Positions 1 through 9,876 are shown, counted from the stretch's first letter. The stretch is DNA of 64,000 nucleotides from an uncultured Clostridium sp. (GCA_947570695.1 CANOVB010000001.1:14553-78552); one strand, 5' to 3'. Translations and numbers: made by a program. The notes: generated by a model from the sequence alone, not told the origin.

Positions 1-177
1 GAGCATTTCTTTATTACAAATTCTGATGGAACTAACCCAGCAAAAAGCCCTATGGATATGTTTGAACTTAAAATAGATAATGATTTAAAAATGGTAGATC
101 AAACAATTAGAGAGTATTACGAATTAAGTAAAAAGGAGGAAAACAAAAATGAGCCTTCAAAGAAAAATTGAAAGAAA
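1..177 (+). CDS. 3' end of an upstream phage ORF (partial)
   Basis: Open frame from the window start to TGA at 175-177. Confidence 0.3.
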
Positions 178-289
178 TCAATTAAAAAAACAATGGAAAG
201 ACCATAACAAAGGTGTGGCCAAAAGATATAGATCAGACTTTAGAGGATTTTGGAAATGGTTTCAAAAAAAGAAAAGAGGTGAGAAATAA
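148..289 (+). CDS. Small basic phage protein (47 aa)
   Basis: ATG at 148 preceded by AAGGAGGA; stop overlaps the next start (TAATG). Confidence 0.35.
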
Positions 290-492
290 TGGTAGTAATG
301 ATAACTAGTGAAGAATACAAAGAATTAGTAATTAAGGCTAATAAATATGATGAATTGCAAAAACCAAAAATGTGTGCAGCAGAGAACAAAGCTGAAGATA
401 AAATTGAAAAGATAGAAATACATAAAGTTACATCAAACGAAATGGAAAAAATTATTGATGATTTAAAAAATAAAATTATTGGAGGTAAATAA
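289..492 (+). CDS. Hypothetical phage protein (67 aa)
   Basis: ORF with RBS, co-oriented in the early module. Confidence 0.45.
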   Translation: MVVMITSEEYKELVIKANKYDELQKPKMCAAENKAEDKIEKIEIHKVTSNEMEKIIDDLKNKIIGGK

Positions 493-494
493 TT

Positions 495-1052
495 ATGGAA
501 AAGCCAGCAGGATATGATGAAGCACAAAGCTTCGGAGAATTTGAAACATTACCAGCAGGAGGATATAAATGCTTAATTAAAAAAGTAGTTTGTGAAAAAA
601 CACAAGCAGGGAAAGAATTTCTAAAAATAGGATTTGACATTGCAGAAGGAGAATACAAAGATTTTTATCAAAAGAAATTTGATAATGATACTAGATCTCC
701 TGAAGAAAGAAAGTGGAGTGGTATTTGGACAGTATTTACTGAAGGATATAATCCAGGAACAACAAATCCAAAATTTAAAGGTCTTATAACTTCAGTAGAA
801 GCATCAAATACAAATTTCAAGTTTGATTTTGATGAACAAAAATTAGTCAATAAAAAAATAGGATTAGTATTTAGAGAAGAAGATTTTGAAGGACAAGATG
901 GTCAAATACATACAAGTGTAAGACCATTTTTTGCAGTATCTTATGATAAAGCAGAAGAAGCAAAGATACCTAATCCAAAGAAAATAGCAGATAAAGGTGA
1001 GGCATACGAATTTGAAACAACAGCGTCAAATAATGACGACCTTCCTTTTTAG
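495..1052 (+). CDS. Phage replication-module protein (DUF669-like) with SSB-type acidic C-terminal tip ...NNDDLPF
   Basis: RBS GGAGGTAAA before the ATG. The C-terminal DDLPF resembles the SSB-Ct DDDIPF motif. Confidence 0.55.
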   Translation: MEKPAGYDEAQSFGEFETLPAGGYKCLIKKVVCEKTQAGKEFLKIGFDIAEGEYKDFYQKKFDNDTRSPEERKWSGIWTVFTEGYNPGTTNPKFKGLITSVEASNTNFKFDFDEQKLVNKKIGLVFREEDFEGQDGQIHTSVRPFFAVSYDKAEEAKIPNPKKIADKGEAYEFETTASNNDDLPF

Positions 1053-1062
1053 GAGGTAAACT

Positions 1063-1671
1063 ATGAGTTTGATCAGAGAAGTTAAAGAAAGAGCAAATAT
1101 AGTAAAAGTAGCAGAACTTTATGGATTGAAACTGAATAGGGCATATAAATGTGTATGCCCATTCCATAAAGAAAAAACAGCAAGTCTTTCAATATCACCA
1201 CAAAAACAAATATGGAAATGCTTTGGATGTGGAAAAGGTGGCGACTCAATTTCTCTTGTATCAGAATTGTTAAATATAAATGCTTTAGAAGCAGCAAAAA
1301 GTATAAACTACACTTTAGGATTAGGATTAGATCCAAATCAAAAAAGTAATTATTTTGAAATTAATAAATATAAAAATAAGCAAAAAACAGAAGAAATATT
1401 TAAGCAATGGGAGAATAAAACATTTCAATTATTGTGTGATTATCTACATTTACTTTGGAGATGGGAAGAAGAATATGCACCTAAAAATATGGAAGAAGAT
1501 CCAAATGAATTGTTTGTAGAAGCAATGCACAATAAAGATTATATTGATTATTTAATAGAAAATATTTTTATAAACGGAACAAACGAAGATAAAATATGGT
1601 TTTGGAAAAACGAAAAAAAGGTGGTGAGAAGAATTGAATCAAGAGTTAGAACTTTCAGAGCAATTAATTGA
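1063..1671 (+). CDS. DNA primase, CHC2 zinc-finger domain protein
   Basis: CPFHKEKTASLSIS...WKCFGCGKGGD is a CHC2 zinc finger of DnaG-type primases. Confidence 0.7.
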   Translation: MSLIREVKERANIVKVAELYGLKLNRAYKCVCPFHKEKTASLSISPQKQIWKCFGCGKGGDSISLVSELLNINALEAAKSINYTLGLGLDPNQKSNYFEINKYKNKQKTEEIFKQWENKTFQLLCDYLHLLWRWEEEYAPKNMEEDPNELFVEAMHNKDYIDYLIENIFINGTNEDKIWFWKNEKKVVRRIESRVRTFRAIN

Positions 1672-3538
1672 TGAGGGGTTTACACCTTTTGGGGAGATTA
1701 GTGAATTAACAAAAGAACAAATTTTAGATAAAGAAGTATTTGAACATATTTTTTCAATAGATAACCAAATAGCAAGGACAACACTAATTATACGATTACA
1801 AGATAAGGCCAGGGAACTTGGAAATATAAGGAGTTTTGACAAACTTTTAAAAGCATACCAAACAGAATTTGCACAACGATTTAAACAAAGAGGTAGCAAT
1901 ACAATTCAATTCACACAACCACCAATTGAGAAACTAAAGTGTGGAAAGTGGGAATGTGAAGATACAGGAGTCACTAAAAGTATTATGGGTGCAGGTATGA
2001 TACCACAGACAATAGTAGCTTGTTCACATCCTATATTACCAGTAGAAAGATTAATTAATGTTGACTCTGAAACTGAAAAAATAAAACTAGCATTTTTCAA
2101 AGATAATAAATGGCAGTACATAACAATTGAAAGAAGTATGGTAGCAAATAAATCTAATATTATCCAATTATCAGATAGGGGAATAGAAGTAAATTCAGAG
2201 AATGCAAAGGATCTAGTTTCATATATTGCAGATGTAGTTTCCTTAAATGCAAAAGAAATTCCAGTAAATCGTAGCACGGACAGGTTAGGATGGATAGAAA
2301 ATGAATTTGCACCTTATGTAGGCGACTTAAAGTATGATGGCGACATAGCATTTAAAGATGTATATGCAAGCATACGAGAAGTTGGAGAATATGAAGAATG
2401 GAAAGAAGTATGTAGAAAAGTAAGAAAAGAAAGCAAAATTGCACATTTACTTTTAGCATCTTCATTTGCTAGTACATTAAATCAAATGTTAGGGGTACTG
2501 CCATTCGTAGTACATATATGGGGTGGAACAGGAACAGGTAAAACAGTAGGCTTAATGCTTGCAATGAGTGTTTGGGGTAATCCTGAAGTAGGAAAATTAG
2601 TAAGAACATTAAATGCAACACAAGTAGCACTAGCAAGATATGCAGCATTCGTACACGATATTCCATTTGCAGGAGATGAATTACAAACAATTAAAAGTAG
2701 ATGGGACAGTTTTGATAACCTGGTAATGTATTTAACAGAAGGTGTTGATAGAGGTAGAGGTAAGGCCTATGGTGGAATAGAACTTCTAAAAGAATGGAAT
2801 TGCTGTTTCCTATTTACAGGAGAAGAACCAATAACAAAAGCAACTTCAGGTGGAGGAGTAAAAAACAGAGTAATTGAAGTAGAAGCAACAGAAAAAGTAA
2901 TTGCAGATGGTAATTTTGTAAGTAACTTTGTTAGAAAAAATTACGGATTTGCTGGTAAAGAATTTATAAATAATATTCCTAAACAAGAAGAATTACAACA
3001 AAGGTATAGAGAGATATTTCAAAATATACTACAAAAAACAGATACTACAGATAAGCAAGCAATGGCTATGGCCACAGTTTTACTTGCTGATGAAATATCT
3101 ACAGACTTAATTTTTAAAGATGGAAAATTAACAATAGAAGATGTAAGTGGATGGCTTACAAGTGCAAAAGAAGTTGATGTTTCCACAAGAGCATATGAAT
3201 GGACAATGAACTGGATTTCACAAAATATAAATAGATTTAGAGAAAATGAAAACGGAGAAATTTGGGGTAAATATGTCGAAGCTGAAGATATTTGTTTAGT
3301 AAATAAAAGTTTATATGCTGAAGCATTAAACAAAGCAGGTTTTGATTTTTCAGCAGTAATAAGAAACTTTGCAGATAGAAATCAAATAGAACGCAATTCA
3401 CAAGGGAAATTCACACATCAAACAAAGGCTTTTGGAGTAAAAGCAAACTATATAAAATTTAGATTAGAACCAGAGAAATCAGATCTTGCTTATGAGGAAA
3501 AATATCAACAACAAAATATGGAAGATCTACCATTTTAG
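1634..3538 (+). CDS. Primase-associated P-loop NTPase / replicative helicase (D5/P4/DUF927-like). C-terminus ends ...MEDLPF.
   Basis: Walker A WGGTGTGKT. Position directly after the zinc-finger primase gene. 634 aa. Confidence 0.6.
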   Translation: MNQELELSEQLIDEGFTPFGEISELTKEQILDKEVFEHIFSIDNQIARTTLIIRLQDKARELGNIRSFDKLLKAYQTEFAQRFKQRGSNTIQFTQPPIEKLKCGKWECEDTGVTKSIMGAGMIPQTIVACSHPILPVERLINVDSETEKIKLAFFKDNKWQYITIERSMVANKSNIIQLSDRGIEVNSENAKDLVSYIADVVSLNAKEIPVNRSTDRLGWIENEFAPYVGDLKYDGDIAFKDVYASIREVGEYEEWKEVCRKVRKESKIAHLLLASSFASTLNQMLGVLPFVVHIWGGTGTGKTVGLMLAMSVWGNPEVGKLVRTLNATQVALARYAAFVHDIPFAGDELQTIKSRWDSFDNLVMYLTEGVDRGRGKAYGGIELLKEWNCCFLFTGEEPITKATSGGGVKNRVIEVEATEKVIADGNFVSNFVRKNYGFAGKEFINNIPKQEELQQRYREIFQNILQKTDTTDKQAMAMATVLLADEISTDLIFKDGKLTIEDVSGWLTSAKEVDVSTRAYEWTMNWISQNINRFRENENGEIWGKYVEAEDICLVNKSLYAEALNKAGFDFSAVIRNFADRNQIERNSQGKFTHQTKAFGVKANYIKFRLEPEKSDLAYEEKYQQQNMEDLPF

Positions 3539-3800
3539 GCTTACCTAAAATGACCAAGGTAAGCCTAAGGTAAGACTATAAAAAAATATAGAGCCAAGCC
3601 GATTACATAAAATAAAAATATAAAAGTCTTACCTCTTACAAAATAATAATATACATATGGGAATTTTTATTTAAAACCTAAAAATAAAAACTTTCATAAA
3701 AAATATAAATATATTCACGGAAAAAGGTAAGACAGGTAAGACCTATATATAAATTGCATATTTGAGGTATGCAAAAAAAATAAATTGGAGGTAAGACCAT
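3537..3800. repeat. Intergenic region with 6 or more copies of GGTAAG(A/C)C in both orientations plus a 9-bp inverted repeat; candidate iterons / ori
   Basis: GGTAAGCC at 3558, GGTAAGAC at 3569, 3726, 3735 and 3790, GTCTTACC at 3626, inverted AGGCTTACC at 3537. Confidence 0.4.
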
Positions 3801-3801
3801 A

Positions 3802-4194
3802 ATGAAAAGTAAAGAAGAAATCATAAACGATTCTATAAAACTTGAAACACCTCCTGGAGATTATAACTTATTAGAAATACAATGTTTTCTAGCATTAAAG
3901 CAGTTATTAGTAATGTTTCATAATAAGCAGATAACTACTGAAAATGCTAGCAAAACAAAACAACTAATATTAGCAGACTATGAAAAGAGATGTAAGGAAT
4001 ATGAATTTCAAACATCAATGTTTCAAGAACATATAGAACATTTAAAAAATACTGAAATGCAAAGAACAAAATTAAGAAAAATACTAAATGGAGAAGCAGA
4101 AGAAGCAAAATCAATTACCGAAGAAAGATTATGCGAAACATTAAATCTTGCAGTAGAGATACTTGCTACTGTATTTAAGGGGGAATTTGTATGA
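3802..4194 (+). CDS. Hypothetical phage protein (130 aa)
   Basis: RBS GGAGGTAAGACC before the ATG. Confidence 0.5.
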   Translation: MKSKEEIINDSIKLETPPGDYNLLEIQCFLALKQLLVMFHNKQITTENASKTKQLILADYEKRCKEYEFQTSMFQEHIEHLKNTEMQRTKLRKILNGEAEEAKSITEERLCETLNLAVEILATVFKGEFV

Positions 4195-4463
4195 TTATAG
4201 TTAGTCAAGATAAAAAAGGAATTATAAATTTTAACAATATAATGAGCATAGACATTATAGATGCTGAAAAAGATGGATGGTTAATATCTGCAGCTTTTTT
4301 AATAGGAATAGATGATATTTACAGAGAGTTAGGATATTACAAAACAGAAAAAAGAGCACAGGAAGTATTACAAGAAATAGTAAGCAAATATAGACAATAC
4401 AATTTAGACAACAACAAAGCAATAACAATACTTCCAAAAGTGTATGAAATGCCAAAGGAGTAG
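4191..4463 (+). CDS. Hypothetical phage protein (90 aa)
   Basis: Start overlaps the upstream stop (ATGA). Confidence 0.5.
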   Translation: MIIVSQDKKGIINFNNIMSIDIIDAEKDGWLISAAFLIGIDDIYRELGYYKTEKRAQEVLQEIVSKYRQYNLDNNKAITILPKVYEMPKE

Positions 4464-4476
4464 GACTATGGAACAA

Positions 4477-4623
4477 TGGTTAAGAGATGCATTAGCAGAA
4501 GAACAAGGATATATAATTTGTCCATTAGCTTTAGAAACATATACACATTGTGACGAAAATTGCGAAAAATGTGAACATTATATTGATTTTAAAGAAAGTT
4601 TAGAAAAAAACAATAAGGAGTAA
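4477..4623 (+). CDS. Small Cys-rich ORF (48 aa, C-x-n-HC-x3-C-x2-C)
   Basis: Manual translation. Not in the ORF track (under 60 aa); the start is uncertain. Confidence 0.25.
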   Translation, partial: WLRDALAEEQGYIICPLALETYTHCDENCEKCEHYIDFKESLEKNNKE

Positions 4624-4629
4624 TAAAAA

Positions 4630-5043
4630 ATGGAAAAACCAACAATATGTAGATATTGTGGAAGCCCAGTTGTTTATACATCAAATGCAGAAATATATGG
4701 CCGAGAATATGGCGAAGGAAAGTGTTATTTATGCAGAAATTGTAGAGCATTTGTTGGAGTGCATCCAGGAACAGACACACCACTTGGAACTTTGGCCAAT
4801 GAAGAATTAAGAAGATACAGGAAAGCAGCACATTACTGGTTTGATCAGATATGGAAAAAACCATTACGAATTACAACAAGATATAAGGCATATGGATGGT
4901 TAGCTGAACAATTAGGAATATCAAGAGAATATACACATATTGGTATGTTTGAAAAAAAAGAATGTGAGGAAACAATTAGACTTTCACAAGAAAGAATAGA
5001 AAAATATAAAAAGCAAAGGAGTGAGATATTTGAAGGACTTTAA
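4630..5043 (+). CDS. Zinc-ribbon protein (CxxC...CxxC), phage-associated
   Basis: CRYCGSP...CYLCRNC. Confidence 0.5.
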   Translation: MEKPTICRYCGSPVVYTSNAEIYGREYGEGKCYLCRNCRAFVGVHPGTDTPLGTLANEELRRYRKAAHYWFDQIWKKPLRITTRYKAYGWLAEQLGISREYTHIGMFEKKECEETIRLSQERIEKYKKQRSEIFEGL

Positions 5044-5254
5044 AGTTGGAGAATTAGTAGTTTTTATAGGGAAAAGTTATACTGGTGAAATTTATACTGT
5101 AGAAATAGGCAAAATAAAAAGGCTTTGTAAAGATGGTGCATTTGTAAATTATCATACAGGAGAAACTGCTGCAAAAACTAATTATTCAGATTTGTATAAG
5201 ATAAAAAATTCTTATGTTATAGAAAAAGAGAATTTAGGTGGTGGTCTTGATTGA
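5021..5254 (+). CDS. Hypothetical phage protein (77 aa)
   Basis: Overlapping co-oriented ORF. Confidence 0.4.
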   Translation: MRYLKDFKVGELVVFIGKSYTGEIYTVEIGKIKRLCKDGAFVNYHTGETAAKTNYSDLYKIKNSYVIEKENLGGGLD

Positions 5255-6753
5255 ATTTAGTATTAAGAGATTACCAAGAAGAATGTAACAAGTTAATCGA
5301 TAATCTTGATCCAGGAGCATATTTAATTCAAATGGCTACAGGATTAGGAAAAACAGCAACTTTTACAAGCATAAAAAGAAAAGGTCGTGTACTAGTTTTA
5401 GCACATAGAGAAGAACTAGTAACACAACCAATTAAATACTATGACTGTCCAGTTGGAATTGAAATGGCGAATCACAAATCCAACGGAGAACCAGTCGTAA
5501 TAGCATCCGTACAAAGTATAATACATAGATTAGAAAAATTCAAGCCTAACGATTTTGACTTGATAATAACAGACGAAGCACATCACGCTGCAGCAACATC
5601 TTATAGAAAAATATATGATTACTTCAAACCTAGACTACATTTAGGATTTACAGCAACACCCAATAGGGGTGATAATGTAAGACTTGATGATATATACCAA
5701 GACATTATATTTGAAAGAGATATAAAATGGGCAATTCAAAACAAATACTTAACTGATATCTACTGTTTAAGAGTAAATATAGGTTATGACATTTCAAAAG
5801 TAGCAAGAAGAATGGGAGATTTTGCACCAGGAGAATTAGAAGAAGTAATGAATCAAGAAGTATTAAATAATGCAATAGCTGAAGCATATAAAAAATATGC
5901 AAAAGGACAAACTTTAATATTTGCTTGTAGTGTAGAACACGCAGAAGCAATTGCAGAAAAAATACCAGGTGCAGTAGCAGTAACAGCAAAAACAAAAAAT
6001 AGAGATGAATTAATTAAAAAGTTTACAAATAGAGAAATACCTGTACTTGTAAATTGTATGATTTTCACAGAAGGAACAGATATGCCACTTGTTGAAACTG
6101 TAATGATAGCAAGACCAACAAGTAATAGTTCTTTATATACACAGATGGTAGGTAGAGGATTAAGACTTTATCCAGGAAAAGAAAAACTTACATTGATAGA
6201 TTTAGTTGGAACAACAGGCAGAGCAAATTTATGTACAGCACCATCATTACTTGGAATAGATTTAAATACTGTACCAACAAACAAGCAAGACGAGATACAA
6301 GGTGATTTATTTGAACTTCCTGACTTAATAGTAAAAAAATCAGACTGCCCTGCTAGTTGGATCAGAAATATAGAAATAGTTAATTTATGGGCAAAAGAAC
6401 AGAAATACAATACACACGGAGTTAATTATTTCAAGATGCCAAATGGTGATATGGTAGTTAGCATTCCAAAGAAAAGAATAAGAATACCAGCACAAGATGA
6501 ATTAGGAAAAACAACGATAGGTGGACAAAAAATGAATATGCAACGAGCACTTGATAAAGTATTTAAATATTTACAAGAAGAATATCCACAATATGAATAT
6601 ATTTGGAATGTTGACCAAATGAGAAAGTGGGGAAAAGTACCAGCAAGTGAAAAGCAAGTTAGTATGATCAAAAGATTTATGAAAGACTTTGACACAGAAA
6701 ACTTAAATAAAATGCAAGCAACACAAATATTAAATAGATTATTTTATAAGTAG
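5251..6753 (+). CDS. SF2 DEAD/DEAH-box helicase (phage)
   Basis: Motif I ATGLGKT and motif II ITDEAHH. TTG start. Confidence 0.75.
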   Translation: MNLVLRDYQEECNKLIDNLDPGAYLIQMATGLGKTATFTSIKRKGRVLVLAHREELVTQPIKYYDCPVGIEMANHKSNGEPVVIASVQSIIHRLEKFKPNDFDLIITDEAHHAAATSYRKIYDYFKPRLHLGFTATPNRGDNVRLDDIYQDIIFERDIKWAIQNKYLTDIYCLRVNIGYDISKVARRMGDFAPGELEEVMNQEVLNNAIAEAYKKYAKGQTLIFACSVEHAEAIAEKIPGAVAVTAKTKNRDELIKKFTNREIPVLVNCMIFTEGTDMPLVETVMIARPTSNSSLYTQMVGRGLRLYPGKEKLTLIDLVGTTGRANLCTAPSLLGIDLNTVPTNKQDEIQGDLFELPDLIVKKSDCPASWIRNIEIVNLWAKEQKYNTHGVNYFKMPNGDMVVSIPKKRIRIPAQDELGKTTIGGQKMNMQRALDKVFKYLQEEYPQYEYIWNVDQMRKWGKVPASEKQVSMIKRFMKDFDTENLNKMQATQILNRLFYK

Positions 6754-6761
6754 GTGATTAA

Positions 6762-7184
6762 ATGCCAAGAAGAGGATATCAATTTGAAAATCAAATTCAA
6801 AAAGTATGTGATTATGTAGAAGCAATAGGTGGACACGCCCATAAAAATTATGCAGAAAGATTACAAGATGGAACATACATAAAAGGAGAGCCTTTTGATT
6901 ATGAGATATTTCTTCCAAACTATAAAGCAGTATTTGACGCAAAAGAATGCAAGACAAGAAAATGGCATATGGTCGATAAAGATATTAAACAATGTGATGA
7001 AATGAAGAAATGTAAAAATGCAGGTTTTAAAGCATATTTCCTTATATGTTTTGAAGGAAACGATGTAAGAATGATAGATGTAGATACAGTAATAACAACA
7101 TTAAAACACGGAAGTAAAACAATATCTGCTGAAGGTAATCCAAGTTGGGATTTAATAAAAATATTAGGAGGTACACAAAAGTGA
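6762..7184 (+). CDS. recU: RecU-like Holliday junction resolvase
   Basis: PFDYEIF...FDAKECK and FLICFEGNDV match the RecU catalytic core pattern (D..FEAK). Confidence 0.6.
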   Translation: MPRRGYQFENQIQKVCDYVEAIGGHAHKNYAERLQDGTYIKGEPFDYEIFLPNYKAVFDAKECKTRKWHMVDKDIKQCDEMKKCKNAGFKAYFLICFEGNDVRMIDVDTVITTLKHGSKTISAEGNPSWDLIKILGGTQK

Positions 7185-7684
7185 AATGTGGTGATAAAGA
7201 ATGGAAACATTGCAGAGTAGAAAAAATGGGCTGCACAGGATGTTATTATGATGAAAAAGGAGAAAAAAAGAAAATGAAAGAAATGATTTATTCAACCGAG
7301 AGAAAAATAGAAGTATTAGATACAGGTTATTGTTTGGGATTATTATATTATATTTTAAATTTAGGAACACATCCTGTAGCTTATATAAAGATACCAAGAG
7401 GACATAAACTGTACAATAAAGACTATGATGATATTTATAAAGAAATAGATCTTGATGTACACGGAGGACTTACATATTCAAATAATTATTTATGCATAAG
7501 TGAAAAACAAAAAGTAGAAGGATGGTTTATAGGATGGGACTATGCTCATTATGGAGATTATGCTGGATATGAAGAAATGATGCCAAAACAATTTAGGACT
7601 AATGGTAAGAAATGGACAACTAAAGAAATTTTTGCAGAAGTAAAAGAGGCTTGCTATCAAATTCAAAAGATGCAAGATAAATAA
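7181..7684 (+). CDS. Hypothetical phage protein, Cys-rich N-terminus
   Basis: GTG start overlapping the recU stop (GTGA); RBS AGGAGG at 7165. Confidence 0.45.
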   Translation: MKCGDKEWKHCRVEKMGCTGCYYDEKGEKKKMKEMIYSTERKIEVLDTGYCLGLLYYILNLGTHPVAYIKIPRGHKLYNKDYDDIYKEIDLDVHGGLTYSNNYLCISEKQKVEGWFIGWDYAHYGDYAGYEEMMPKQFRTNGKKWTTKEIFAEVKEACYQIQKMQDK

Positions 7685-7710
7685 ATTAAAAATAAAGGAG
7701 AAAAAAGAAA

Positions 7711-8637
7711 ATGAAAAAGGATATTGTAGAAGATACATTAACAAAACAAATTATAGATAGGATTTATCCTGAAATAAAGGAAAATGCATTAAAGGAGTGT
7801 TCTGTAATAGTAAAGGACTTAACAAAGAATATTACACAAGTAGTTATAGAACAAGACAAAAAGATAATAAAAACAACAACTCAAGTTACACATAATAAAT
7901 TTAAGGATCTACTATTATTAATAAATAATAATATACCAGCAATGTTAACAGGAGGTGCAGGTAGTGGAAAATCGAGCACTTGTGAAAAAGTTGCAGAAGC
8001 ATTAGGTTTAGATTTCTATTTTAGTAATGCAATAACACAAGAATATAAATTAACAGGATTTATAGATGCGAATGGAGTATATCAAGAAACACAATTTTAT
8101 AAAGCTTTCAAAGATGGTGGATTATTTGTATTAGATGAAATTGATGCAAGTGTTCCTGAAGCTTTAGTAATACTTAATACTGCTATTGCAAATGGTTACT
8201 TTGACTTTCCTAATGGAAAAGTACAAGCTAATGAAAACTTTAGAATTGTAGCTTGTGCAAATACTTATGGATTGGGTGGCGATGATATTTATGTAGGAAG
8301 GAATCAATTAGATGCAGCATCATTAGATAGATTTGCAATTTTAAAATTTGATTATGATCCTGAACTTGAAAAAAGTCTTGCAAGTGATAAAGAATGGGTT
8401 AAATTTATACAAGCATTTAGAAATCAAATTATAAAGAGAAAAATGAAACACATTGTTTCAATGAGAGCAATAATTTATGGAGACAAGTTATTAAAATTTG
8501 AAAATAATATTGAAAAAATATTGAATGAAATTGTATTTAAGAATTTAGAAATAGAAGATATAAAATCTATTGGAAAAATAAAAGAAGATACAGAAAATAA
8601 ATTCATAAAAGTTTATAACCAAATAGTTGAAAGATAG
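7711..8637 (+). CDS. AAA+ ATPase, AAA_5 (MoxR/dynein-related) type
   Basis: Walker A GGAGSGKSS; Walker B FVLDEID. Confidence 0.7.
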   Translation: MKKDIVEDTLTKQIIDRIYPEIKENALKECSVIVKDLTKNITQVVIEQDKKIIKTTTQVTHNKFKDLLLLINNNIPAMLTGGAGSGKSSTCEKVAEALGLDFYFSNAITQEYKLTGFIDANGVYQETQFYKAFKDGGLFVLDEIDASVPEALVILNTAIANGYFDFPNGKVQANENFRIVACANTYGLGGDDIYVGRNQLDAASLDRFAILKFDYDPELEKSLASDKEWVKFIQAFRNQIIKRKMKHIVSMRAIIYGDKLLKFENNIEKILNEIVFKNLEIEDIKSIGKIKEDTENKFIKVYNQIVER

Positions 8638-8647
8638 GTGATGAAAA

Positions 8648-9631
8648 TTGTTAGATGAAGATTTATTAAAAAGAATGTTAAGAGATAATCCTTTCTTTAT
8701 GAATGAAACAGAAAACGATTCTTCAGATACCAAAAAATATGTAAATATTTTTGAAAATATGAAAGAAGTTGCTGATTATATAAGACAAACAAGAATTAAT
8801 AAAAATATATTTAGAGAAGATGATCTTAGTAGTGAGAACACAGGAACAGGAAGTTTCCACGATTTTTATGATTTTAAAAGTGCCTTTGATGCTTTTGAAT
8901 ATGGAACAGACCAGTATTTTGATTCATTTAATGATGAATTGAAAAAGGTTGATGATTATATTAAAAAATATTCTATTTTAGACAAAGTAAGTTATAAAAA
9001 CGATATTATAGGATTTACTCCAATAGTTCCTAATTGCATAATAGGAAATCCAATCAATATGGTAAATCAAATAAAAAAAGAAAGGCATCTTCCTTCAGCT
9101 ACAATTGTTTTTGAAAAAGCAGTTACTTTTGGTTATAATTCGCACGAAATGGTAAGTTTTGCGTCAATAATATTTAGTTTGATCCAGGTATTAGAGAAAA
9201 AAGGAATTAGATGTGAAGTATATATTAGCTCTACTTTCAAAGAAGAAAATGAAATATATTCTTACAAAATAAAAATTAAAAATTTTATGCAGCCATTGAA
9301 TTTATATAAAATGCAATTTCCTGTTATAGCTTCAGATATGTTTAGAAGAATTGGATTTAGATTATTAGAAACTTGTCCATATTTAAAAAATTCATATTGG
9401 AGGAGTAGTTATGGAAGTACATTAATAGGAAAAACAAAAGAATATGATTTAACAAAAAATGGAGAGCCAACTCCAAAATTACAAGAGTTATTAGGAATGA
9501 AACAAGATGACATTTTTATACCAAGTTCTGCTTATTTCAATTATGATTCAGATGATGATATTGAAGATACAATAGAAAAAATTATAAAAAGAACAAATTT
9601 TAAAAAATATATTAAGTTAGGAGGGGAGTAA
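8648..9631 (+). CDS. Hypothetical protein, probable partner of the AAA_5 ATPase
   Basis: TTG start 10 nt after the ATPase stop. Acidic/aromatic N-terminal region. No MIDAS motif seen. Confidence 0.45.
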   Translation: MLDEDLLKRMLRDNPFFMNETENDSSDTKKYVNIFENMKEVADYIRQTRINKNIFREDDLSSENTGTGSFHDFYDFKSAFDAFEYGTDQYFDSFNDELKKVDDYIKKYSILDKVSYKNDIIGFTPIVPNCIIGNPINMVNQIKKERHLPSATIVFEKAVTFGYNSHEMVSFASIIFSLIQVLEKKGIRCEVYISSTFKEENEIYSYKIKIKNFMQPLNLYKMQFPVIASDMFRRIGFRLLETCPYLKNSYWRSSYGSTLIGKTKEYDLTKNGEPTPKLQELLGMKQDDIFIPSSAYFNYDSDDDIEDTIEKIIKRTNFKKYIKLGGE

Positions 9632-9632
9632 A

Positions 9633-9875
9633 GTGTTTGAATTAAATGACATAGTATGCTTTAGAGAAAATCATAAATGGGTTGGATGTATAGGATTTGT
9701 GAATGAAATCAAAAAAGTAAAAGATAAAAATGGAAATGATACTTTAAGATTAATGATAGGTGTTCCAGTTCCACAACAAGGAACAGCATACATATTTGCA
9801 ATGAGAGATGAAGTAGAAAATTTGCAATGTGCTACGAAATATCCATATGAAATAAAAGTAAAGGAGGAAGAATAA
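9633..9875 (+). CDS. Hypothetical phage protein (80 aa)
   Basis: GTG start after GGAGGGG. Confidence 0.45.
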   Translation: MFELNDIVCFRENHKWVGCIGFVNEIKKVKDKNGNDTLRLMIGVPVPQQGTAYIFAMRDEVENLQCATKYPYEIKVKEEE

Positions 9876-9876
9876 A

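Noticed and set aside
240-527. Numerous minus-strand ORFs of 60-170 aa throughout the prophage and chromosome (for example 240-527, 1082-1336, 23692-24204, 24796-25293, 36678-36995)
   Set aside because: They lie antisense to long, well-supported + strand genes and are Leu/Phe/Ile-rich. This is the usual artefact of AT-rich DNA, where the antisense frame stays open. None has an RBS or family motifs.
3537-3800. Short repeated 8-mers considered as a CRISPR array
   Set aside because: The repeats are only 8 bp, irregularly spaced and in mixed orientation, with no cas genes. They fit iterons or an ori better.
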